From Daphnia carinata (Eukaryota), in contig NC_081331.1 of the NCBI RefSeq assembly GCF_022539665.2, positions 2,666,001 to 2,730,000 of the forward strand: 64,000 bases of DNA, given 5' to 3'. Below are positions 52,979 to 64,000 of the stretch, one piece after another (position 1 is the first letter of the stretch; each line of letters opens with the position of its first letter). The notes under the pieces are model-generated. The model saw only the letters and a program-made list of their open reading frames with translations. It was not told where the DNA came from and made no database searches. The position numbers and the translations under genes were made by a program.

Positions 52979-53049
52979 TCCCCACCGCACTTTGTGACGA
53001 GACGACACTTGCAGGTGCACACGCACGGCCAAACAAAAAACACGCAACG

Positions 53050-53828
53050 CGAACTGGAACCACTTATTGAAACGCCTAAGCTTTTTCCTCGTGTCGTTTT
53101 TTTGATAGTTTTTTCCTTCTTATTATCACCACCTGTTCCTTCTCCCGTATTTTTGCGATCAGTTTCTGTTTTTTGTTTTTTTGTTTTGTTTTGTTTTGTT
53201 TGTTTTTTTTTGGGGGGGGAGGTGTTGTTGTTAGCGTTTCAATTGCGTGAGGTGCGGCATGGTTCGATCCATCAGCGGCTCTGTTAGTTCCCGTTGTCCG
53301 GTCGGAGTCCAGCACTTCCGACACCCAATTCGCGTCACCATTCCATTACCTGCCACACACACACACACACACACAACAAAAACAAAAAAAAAATTCATAT
53401 ATATTCATTAAATCTCAATTCATTTTCACACGTCACTAATTCAATCGTCCATCATGTTAGAAGGGGAAAAACCAATAAAACAAAACAAAAAAAAAAAAAA
53501 AAATCCCGCCCCTCCTTCCACCCCGAACCCCACCTACTCGCGTTCTAGCACATGGCCAACAACAACAATACACACACACACAAAAAAAAAAAAAAAAAAT
53601 GAAATAAAAAACAAAATCCGCACATGCAAAACAGACAACACGCACCGGTTCGTGTTTGGCTGTTGGACCCCCTCAGGTGAAACAAAACAAAAAAAAAAAA
53701 ACAGCGAAACAACTAGACAAGTTCATCAAAAACGGACAAGTGGAGATCGGGTTTGGTAACATTTTTGTTTCACCAATTCCCCTCCCCCTCCTTGAAAAAA
53801 AAAAAAAAAAAAAAAGACGGGCAAAAAA

Positions 53829-53862
<34 letters not shown>

Positions 53863-54057
53863 CCGTAGTGCGTGCGTGCATACGTGTGTGGTCCGAGCCG
53901 GCCCCGCCCTATCCCCTCCTTTTTCTTCTCCTTCTTTCGACTTTTGTGCCCGTCAGCCATTTTGGAAAGAATGTTTTTCTTTTTTTTTTTTTTTTTTTTC
54001 TTCTTCTTCTTTTTCTTCTTGTTGAAGAGAGACCGCGCTCTTGGCACAGGTGGCGGG

Positions 54058-54103
<46 letters not shown>

Positions 54104-57100
54104 ATTCCGCTGAAACGAAACGACTTTAGAGGAAAGAAAAGAAAAAATCGGAATAAATACCCCCCCCCAAAATAATTAAAAATGTATCTTCCCTCCTCAT
54201 CTTAGCTCTTAATTTAAAAAACGATTCTGGTGTGTGTGTGTGTGCGTCTCTCGTCTGACTGAAGATCGGGATGAAAGGTGAAGAACAACAGTCGCTGTAA
54301 CGGCTAGACAAATTTCTACAAGATATCCAATCCAAAATCAGAAAACCCGTAAGAATGACTCATCGTTTGGAAAACGGGTCACAAACATTGTATGCGTCAA
54401 AATTTCGAAAAAAAAAAAAAAAGGCAAACCCCTTCGCTTCAAAAAAAAAAAAAAAAAAAAATCAAACGGGACTACATCTAGTTTTTCACCCGTCACTTCC
54501 AATTCACTCAGGTCCCCCCCACCCCAAAAAAAAAATTGTAGTGCCGTAACTAGTTAAGAAATGTGGTCGCGAAAATGACAGTCACATTATACTCCTCTCC
54601 ATGCCAAAAAAACAAAACAAAATGACACAAAGAAAAAACAAAAAACCAACAGACGAGTTCAACGGTCCAGCCAGACATTCCGAATGAAAAAAAAAAAACT
54701 CACTTGACGCAAAGCACACGCAAGAACACGTTATTCTCATGTAACGCAAAACCCCCAAACGAAAAATTGCCATTTGAAATGAAAAAAAAAAAAAAAAAAA
54801 GATTTAAATCAAAATAAACATTCCCGCGGACTTTGGCGTAAAAGATTAAGCAACGTTAGTAAAGGCGGTCAAGGTGTGTGTCAATCATTTTTTTTTTTTT
54901 TTTACCTCTCTCTCTCTCGTCTCACACTTCAGAGAAAGAGAGAGGGGGGGGGACTGGCGCAACCAACTGACATACGCAACACACAGAGGGGGGAAGAAGT
55001 TAAGAAACGTCTTATAAAAAGAAAGAAGAAAAAAAAAAAAACGAGGGCTAAACAGAAATATACACATACACACATACACTCACACACACGCACACACACG
55101 CACCTGGTTGCACGGTGGACGACCAAGGACTGGCTGAGACTGAACTGGTGGTGCGGCATTCAGCCCCGGCCCATCAGCGAGTCGGAGGAATCAGAACGGC
55201 AGAGGAAAAAAAAAAAAAAAGAAAGGAGCGTAAGGGGGACCGTGATGAAACCTAAGAGACAATGAAGGAGAGGGGGAGAAGAAAACAAAAAAATGTTAGT
55301 CCCGAAGGCGAAACAACAAACGCCGTTTTCTTCTTCTATGTACCAACGACTAGCGCACAGTGCCAGCAGGTCCACTGAAAAACCTAAACACCATCCGCAG
55401 ATGGGAACACAGGGTGGTGGGGTTGGGTGGAAACCTCGACCAGGTAAGAAGAAGAAAAAGACGAAAGAGAGAGAGAGAGAGAGAGAGAGAATGCCCTCGG
55501 GTGTCAAAAGTCTGGAGAGAAGTTGCGTGATTCTTATCCACTTCGTCTTCTTCTTTCTTTCCCGTTTCTTTTTCTTACCATGAGCGCCGTCGTTCCAAAG
55601 ATCGGGCCGCCCTTTTTCCACGAAAGGAAATAGACGAAATAGAGAATACATTTTTTTTTTAAGTTAAAAATTAAAAACAAAATAGAAGAAGAAGAAGAAG
55701 AAAAAAAAACAAAATCTGTCGGCACCCTCCGGCTACGTCTCTCCTCCACACGCACGCGGGACACGAACCTTCGACCAAGCAACAATCTCTCTCTCTCTCT
55801 CTTCCCAACCTGCCCCTCTTACAACCAAACAGAAAAAAAAAAATCGAAATATGCAAATAAAAAATTGGCAACCGCATTATATTGTTGATCGTTCAATCAA
55901 AAAACAACCGTACACCCCCAACAAGAAGCGAGCGAAAACAAAAAATGCTCGAATTTGCATTTCATTTTTCTTCTTCTTCTTTTTTTTTTTAATTTCTCAA
56001 AATAAAAAATACGCTTTTTTTTTCATTCATTCATTCGCCCATTCATTCATCCGTTTTTCGTACCATCCTCCCTTGCAACGGAACCGAGAGCGCAATAAAA
56101 AAAAAAAAAGAAAAAGAAAAATGGAAAGACAAATCACAACTATAAACTAAACCGCATAGTTTGGCAAAGAACAAAAACTACGTGAATTGCTCGTATCGAG
56201 ACTCACTTTGACTTTTGAAACAAAGGAGATAAAACATATCTTTTTTTTGTGTGTGTTCCAAACCACACGTAATCTCGCCGTCCGAAAAAGTCGTTAAAAA
56301 AACAAAAAAAAAAAAAAAACACAACAAAAAACAAGCGGACGAGGAATGATTCAACGTCAATGCTAGCGTTAAATTTTGTTTTTGTTTGCTCATTTCTCTC
56401 ATTCATCACGTCGCGCAAGTCTAGTGGCGGTACTGCCCGCAAACATAAACAAGAGCAAAAAAAAAAAACAATGTTTAATATCGTGGACGTTCCATTTACA
56501 TTTTGAACTATAAATAATCCAAGAACAACACACAAAAAAAAAAAAAAAAGAGAGAAGAATTTGAATAAAATCTGAAAGGTTAAACGGAAAGATGGCGGAA
56601 CGGGAGACTCCCCCCCCCACACACACACACACACGAGGCGACAGGTAAACATTCTCTCGGGTTCGTTCAGTGCGCAAAGATTGCATCATCCGTTACAAGC
56701 AATTTCTTTTTTCTCCATCCCTTACTTGCCAAACTCGAAATAAATCACATTTATTGTTTCGTAAAACATTTCCATTAATTTTTATATTTGTCTTGGTGCG
56801 TGAATTTCCCGTTACTGTACGCCTGACGTTTTTCACGAGAGAAACACATTTCAATTTTATTTTTCCAACCAAAAAGAAAAATCCTTCACGGTGCAAAAAT
56901 TTCCGAAGAAAACTCATTGTGTGTTTAAACCTTTTAATTTTCCACTTGCGTTTGTTTGTTCCTTTTTTTTTTTTTCTCTCTCTCTTTATTTTTACTGTCG
57001 CCTCATCAAGTCGTTGGACACAAGGTCGAATCACTCTTCTCACAGAAATCCCTCAAATCGACTTCAAGGTTGCAGAGTTACACACCAAATGGACTCGGAC

Positions 57101-58496
57101 ATGAAAGGACTAATGGACATTGGACCCAAACGCGGTGAACAAATGGAAAAAAAAAATAAATAAATAAATAATCCATTTTTCTTTTGTTTTCACGATGGGA
57201 CGTTTTTTTTTTTTCTCTAAAAAAAAAAAAACAAAACAAAGAGGCCTACTGCTATGCTATTCATGCGGGAATCTAATCAGCCTAAAGGCATCTATATGAC
57301 GGGCCGATATAAATTTCAACCCCCTCTTTAAAACCCGCCCCTGAAAGGCAAGGAAAAAAAAAAAACAAAAAAAACAAATGAAATCCCTTTCTTAAAAATA
57401 AAAAAAAAAAGAATCTTCTGATAAAAAAAAAAAAAAAAAAAAAAAGCAAATCAAAAATCGTGGGTTCGGCCGTCTGCCCGAAAACAAGTAAAACAAGGAA
57501 GAACAACAACAACGACGCGACACTAAAATGATGGGCATGGCAATCTTGGCGCCCTTTTACCAAAACTGTCCGCCGCTTTAAAAGTCCACTATACCTGGAG
57601 CTCCTTATTTAGTCAAAAAAAAAAAAAAGAAAGAAATAAAGAAAAAGACAACAATAACAACAAGAAGATGGAGAAGGGTTAGAAATCGCATCCCAGTGGT
57701 TGATATAGGGTCCGGTAACAAGAAAAAGAATCAAAAATGCATTTCGTCCGACTAGGAGGGGGGTATTTCTTTTTTTTTAATAAAAAAAAAAAAAGGACCA
57801 GCGGGAGATACTACAAGTAGACAGGTTGATGTATTAAACACAAAAAAAAAAAAAAAAAACTACAGGGAAAAGACGCCATTGTTGCGTGAATAGCCCTCCT
57901 ACATAACTCGTTTTTTTTTTTGTTCATCAAAAATCCCGAAAGTTATTTCTCGATTTACTTCTGCAAAAATACAAGATCCTATTTTTTTTTTTTTTTTTTT
58001 GCTTGTCGCTTTGGGTACCATTCAAAAAAAAAAAGTGGACCCCATCAATGGCCTCGTTCACATTCGTGATGGCCATTTTTTTTTTTGTTCTTGTTGTTGT
58101 TCTGTCCCCGTTCCTCCATTCTTCTACTTGCTTCGTTCAACACCGCCATTCAATAAAGAGAAAAAAAAAAAAAAAAAAGCAGACGGTTTCGAGAATGGAA
58201 GAAAGAGAATAGAGAGAAACGCCCCATCGGTACGTGTGTTATTATGATTTCGCAGGTGGCCAAACGATGATGATGCCTGACCAGGTGTCCTGAGCTAGTT
58301 ACGGTGTGTAGTTAAAGCCTTTGAGAAAAAGAAGGGGAAACAAAAAATTCCGACCGCGGGAGATAATCGACCTTGCATTCGTTGCTATTGTCTTGAGCCC
58401 AGCATGAAGGCGTCTGCCGATATCACAACACACTAATCGAGTCACGGCCAAATTAAAAAAATCAGCTGCATTCTTCGTCGCTTCAAACATCCCTCT

Positions 58497-58532
<36 letters not shown>

Positions 58533-61500
58533 TATCGAAAACGAACAAGGGAGGCCAAAAAAAAAAAAAAAAAAAAAAGAAATACAACAAAGTTTTGCAA
58601 AGTGAGAAATGAGTCAGGCCGTGCGTCCGTCGATCACGACAGTCACCAACCGCCGGCGCCGTCTGTCCACAAAGACGAAACCTCGGACAAGGACGCGACG
58701 AGGACATGAACTGCCAGCAGGCAAGGCAGTAACGAAAATACAAAAAAAAAGGAAAGAAAAAGAACTGTTTGATTTGATTCGCTTTTCGTGAGAAATTGAA
58801 AGAAGAAAAATGCGCAACAATCACGCTGAACGACATTTCGTCAGCTAGCGGAAAAATGGCAGAAGGGAATGAATCCAAATGGCGACGGGCATATCGATCA
58901 GATCGTCCAATCATCTCAGGATCGCATCAGTTGATTTTCAAGTTTTGCGCATTTTACGCCTTCTTGGAACTCGTCCAGCCGTACACAGCTGGATGATGGC
59001 CATGATCAACACGATATGATAAGGTATTATTTATAATAACAATAATCATAACCCCTTCCTCTCCCCCCCCCCCACCACCACTTCTCTCCTTCACAAAAAA
59101 AAAAAATAAAATAGAAAAGTCTCTGGAACTATCATCATCACGTCATCATCCAATAACACCAATTAAAGCTATATTTGAAGAGAAAAAAAAAGATACAATT
59201 CATCGTATCCGGATGACATATTTAAAAGGGAAAAAAAAGAGAGAGAGAACTAACAACAACATTAAAAAAAAAAAAAAAAAAAGAAAAGAAAATTGTCTTT
59301 AAAAAGTTGAAACTTCGAAGCAAACAAAAAGGAAAAATTCTTACACACACACAGTGCTCCAGACAAAAAAAAAACCCCAAGGCCGATTCGACACAGCGTA
59401 TCACATGGAGCTCGTTCATCCGACCTTGTGTTGTGACGCAACACGTATAACAACGCAACCGACAGTGCGTGTGGGGCCCTGGCCGAGCGCCATGTGGAAA
59501 AAAGAAAGAAAAAAAAAATCGGGTCTCTCATTCCGGACCACGGACGAAAAGGGGAAAAAAAAAAAAAAATTCGTCATTGGCCTGGTCCGCAATTAAAATA
59601 AAAAGGCCGTCAATCAATGTTGGAAAAAAAAAAAAAAAAGGATTCAATCGGTAATCAAACAATTCGAGAGATTGGTGCGTGTACACGTGACTCTCTTCGG
59701 GACGGCCATTGAGCTCTTGCACGAAGAGGAATGTGTGTGTGTGGCTCAACCGGACAAGACACAAAGAAGAGGAGCAGTCTGCTGGGAAGATGACAGATGC
59801 GAAAGATAAAAAAAAGGAAAGACAGAAACAAAAATGTTTGTTTCGATGTCTTTTCTATGTTTTCTCCTCCTCAATTCCCCCCCCCCCGTTCACGAGACAA
59901 GGGGGGGGGGAGAGAACGAAAGACCACCAAAGGTGAGCTTGTTGAAATCAAATGATTTCCTTCTCTCTCGTTTTTTTTTTTTTTTTTGCTTGCAGACACA
60001 GGTGTAGAAAGAGCGACGACTCTTCTCTCTTTCAGGTTTACGAAAGAAAAGAATCTCGCACGAACGGACGAGATTCCTGGCCCCACCGTTGATTAACAAG
60101 CCCACGCCAAAAAGGTAACAAACAAAAAACACACGCAATAAAAATTTTTTTTTTTTCTGTGTGTTTTGAGAAGAAGAAGAAGAAAAAAAAAACTAAAACA
60201 GATGGAATTGGGAAAGGAAAAAAATTAAATAAAATAAAATAAAATAAAATAAAATAAAATAAATGTGTGTGTGTGTGTGTGGGGTAACCTGGTTACCAAG
60301 GTGAAACCACTCTCCATTGGCTTGTTTGGCTAATCTCAGTATGTTGCTCTCCTCGAGTTTGATTCTTTTTATATCCACACGAAAGAAAGGAAAAATCAAT
60401 GCATTCTCTTTTGCCTTTCTTACCATTCCCACTAAGCAATAATAAATAATAATCTTGAAGAAAAAGAAAAAAAAAAAAAAAAAAAGGATAACAATGACTG
60501 GAGGGCCCACACAGCTTTGGCGGAATAATAGTGGACCGGAGAAAAGAGAAGGCGGTGTTCAAGCTTCCCAAACATGTACGACTATAGTACTAGAATAGTA
60601 GCGGGTTTCCAACACTCGTACGGCGAAACTGAAGGTTTTCTTCTTTTTTGTTTTCTTTTTGTTTTCTCGAGAGTGATTATTAAAGAAAAACCCCGAGGGT
60701 TGCACACCTGTGCCGACGCCGCTAACAATCACCTTCATAAATCATATCTATAGTTATATAGCAAGTAACAATGGCAGTCGTTGAGTATGCACAAGTCCTC
60801 CATTTATTTTGTTTTGTTTTTTTTTTTCGTCCTATTTTGCATTATCACCCGAAATATTTTAGAATTCCATTCGCAATATTTATCAACTTGATAGAGGGTT
60901 TTTTTTTTCTTCGTTCGTCAGTGGGAGCGAAGGCCACATGTACCAATCACAATTTATCATTCATCCCGCTATTTTATTAATCTCAATGTTTTTCCCCAGG
61001 CCGATTAATAGCGTGTCATGCACTGCCATCTATCGAGCGAACGAGACAATCAACCATTTGTCATTTCTCTTACGTCAGCATGAAAAAGAAAATACTAATG
61101 AAATTGAAAATTGTTTTTCCCAAAAAACAAAAATTCGTTCAAAAGAAAATACAAACGTACGAAATAAAAATGAAACACACACACACAAAAAAAGAAATAG
61201 TTGGAAAAGTTTGTCGTCCTTCCAACAAAAACGTGGCTGTCTGATCGGCAGACGAAAACGAAGGATGCTCAAAAGAAAAACGACAAAAAAATTACGTAAA
61301 ACAACGCCGATTTGATTGGATTACACACACACACAAGGTACACCCACTAACTGTTCATAGTTGGGAGATGGGGTGTTTGTTCGATAAGGTAGTATTCGAC
61401 TAACAAACTATTTCATTCTTTCTCTACGTTTTTCTTTTCTTTTCTTTTTTTTCAAATCAAACAAGAAATGAAGACGCAAAATTCTTTCACCTTCTAGTGA

Positions 61501-61683
61501 GAGTGCGTGTGTTGTTATTTTCTCTTTCGTTTCTTTTTGTCGGGAGAGTCGGAATGGATTAGGAAAAGCACAAGGACGATGAAGGTCGTCGCCAAGGTCG
61601 CTTCCCGAATACACGGCCGTCGCTACCACCAGCCCACCCCACTAACTGCCCCCTTCTTCTCTTCCCTTTTTCACGCGTCTATC

Positions 61684-61721
<38 letters not shown>

Positions 61722-62374
61722 CGCCTCTGAGCACGGGCAAAACATGTGTGTGTGTAGAAAAAGGAAGGAGGTGGCAACGGTTGAACCCAAACCAGGAAGA
61801 ACTTTTCTTTCTCACCTCACAAAAGAAAAGATTCACGCACAGCCTTGCCCGTCTGTTCTGTTTTGAGTGATTTCACGAACGGGAGATAACGGGCAAACCA
61901 CATTCTGCTTTCTTTGCAAAAAAATAAATAAATAAATAAAATTTAAAAAAAGATAACTTGACAGAAAAAAGTTGATGTTTGATGACGTTTGACATTTCAC
62001 CGACTGTTATTTTACTCTGTGTGGATTTCTATTTGGCTAAGAAAATGGGGGAGGGCAGAAGATTGTAAGTGGCTTCTTAACCTTGCCAAGGACGTCTGTG
62101 TGGCCCCTCCTGCTTTTTGGTTGATAGCTTGGTGACATTGTACGGCATGGCACACACCATTGAAAGCTCATCAACAGATAACAGGGGAGAATGGTGGACA
62201 GTGAACGGAAAAAAAAAACCTTCACCTTCTTCGTCATGTCCGAGCCCTTGTTGTTAATGGTCTCTGTCGTCATTAATAGCTGACGGCCACCCATGACACC
62301 AGGAAACGCGAGACGCTCGTTATGGAAAGTTAATTAACAACCATTCACTTCGGCTTTACTCTTTTCATTGCACA

Positions 62375-62411
<37 letters not shown>

Positions 62412-64000
62412 AAGAAATGCAGCCCCCGGTAAACGACACAACGAAATAAGCGAAAGAAAATCAAATGTTTGGCAAAACACACGGAAACAAAATTGCAAAA
62501 TTCCATTGCAACAGAGTTTGCCTTGTTGTTTGCTCTTCTTTTTCTTTAAGGGGAAGCCAAACAAGAAAGAAAAGAAAAAGATTGACATGCAAAAAGGGTG
62601 GTAAACTCACCTGCGAAACAGTTCAATGGCGTCATCCAAAACTTCTTCCACTTTGTCGACTTATTTTCTAAGTGTCACGCCGAAAAAGTCAACTGTGGTC
62701 TTTGTGTCTGTTGAAGCGGTCAACGGGATTGACAAAGGACACACCGACGCTCATTGGCTTTTGTTTTGGTTGTTTGTTTTTTTCAACGTTCACACCGTGT
62801 AGACATTCTTCATTTCGATTTCAGTTTGAACTTGTTTGTCGTCTGATTGCTCCTTTTTCAACGTGTTCGTCAAATCGACAGACACAGCACAATAAACACC
62901 AAAACAATACACAATCATAAAAAGAAAAAGAAAACTACAGCAATCAGTAAAACAAACCACAGGCACACATCAAGCACACACCACCCCACTAAGCTTCTCT
63001 CTTGTGAGCTGTCTGCTGCTGTCTGCTGGAGCCAAGGCAAAGGTTTTTCGTTTCTCATTGCTGCTCCCTAAGGCTGTGCGGGCTATGCTTACCTGAAACG
63101 TTGCCAAGTCGCTTTTAAACAAAATTCGATAGCGCGCGCTCTTGCAACAAGGTGTAGCTTGGCTAGTTTTCCCTCCCGTTTTGAAAATCGATCCCTCCTG
63201 GCGTGTTCTCTTTCCACTCCCCTTCCAATTGAACGCTCCTGTAACACTGGAACATGTATCAAATAAAAACAAGACGACCAACGCCCTTTGTATGCTTGCA
63301 TCTCGCTAAGTAACAAATGGCCGCGTGGTCTCCCCTAATGCCCTGCGCGAGCCTCTAGTTGTGACCGAGAGAAGTTCCAATACCTATGAAAAAAAGAATC
63401 CTTAGAAAGGATCATTTTTTTTTGCCCAGTAAGAATGACGTCATAGCTATACGATTACATTGGCATATCAGCTGAAAACGAAGACTATTACGCAATTAAG
63501 CGTGGGCTTCTTGTCTTTCTTACGACACACGCACAAGGTGGGAAATATGATAAAGAGTGGCAATTTTTAAAAAGAAATTCGAAAATCAACGCAAAAAAAA
63601 AAAAAAAAAATTATTCGTTTAAAACACAATGACTTCCTAGCGGCCAAATCGAATGCGAAAAATTGCTCAGCATTGTAGCATATAGTACTATTATTTTATG
63701 GGTAATGTGTTGTGTAGAGTTAGGCTGTGTATATAAGGCAAAAAAACAGAAAATGTATATAAAAAGATTGTTTCATCAGACCAGACACATTTTTTTTTGT
63801 GACAAAAAGCGCAAATCATATAATTTTTCCTTTTCACCTTGAACCCCCCAGATGAGAGAGAGAAAAAATTTACGAGAACAATGAGACACAGCTTGTTATT
63901 GGTTGTTGTTGTTGCAAAAAAAAAAAAAAATCAAATTCAAATCAAATGCTCGCAGACACAGAGAGAGATAGAGAGAGAAAGAGAATAGACACGACACATG
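53050..64000. other. Non-coding 5' region of Hr39 (introns/regulatory DNA), rich in simple repeats
   Basis: No credible ORF. Abundant poly(A), (CA)n, (GA)n and (TAAAA)n tracts. Confidence 0.6.

Overview
Eukaryotic genomic DNA, most likely a branchiopod crustacean such as Daphnia. This is inferred from the ~60-100 bp introns, a zinc-knuckle vasa and the gene set. Positions 1-23 kb are gene-free, microsatellite-rich DNA upstream of prospero (+, CDS 23847-29398, 3 coding exons). Then come a convergent 8-exon GlcAT-I/B3GAT3 gene (-), two tandem insect-type AANAT/GNAT acetyltransferase genes (+), and the nuclear receptor Hr39/NR5B1 (-, 8 coding exons) with a long non-coding upstream region to the window end. 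The most unusual part is the 6.3 kb segment between the two AANAT genes (35831-42106), bounded by composite inverted repeats and a 6-bp direct repeat. It carries an intron-containing vasa pseudogene, a second decayed multi-exon gene, three tRNA-like elements and a 503-bp perfect inverted repeat. Each arm of that repeat holds a U6-type (PSEA-like + TATA) promoter geometry followed by a ~345-nt, densely base-paired sequence that matches no RNA family I recognise. It is a candidate undescribed structured ncRNA gene pair. All calls are by eye, without database searches.
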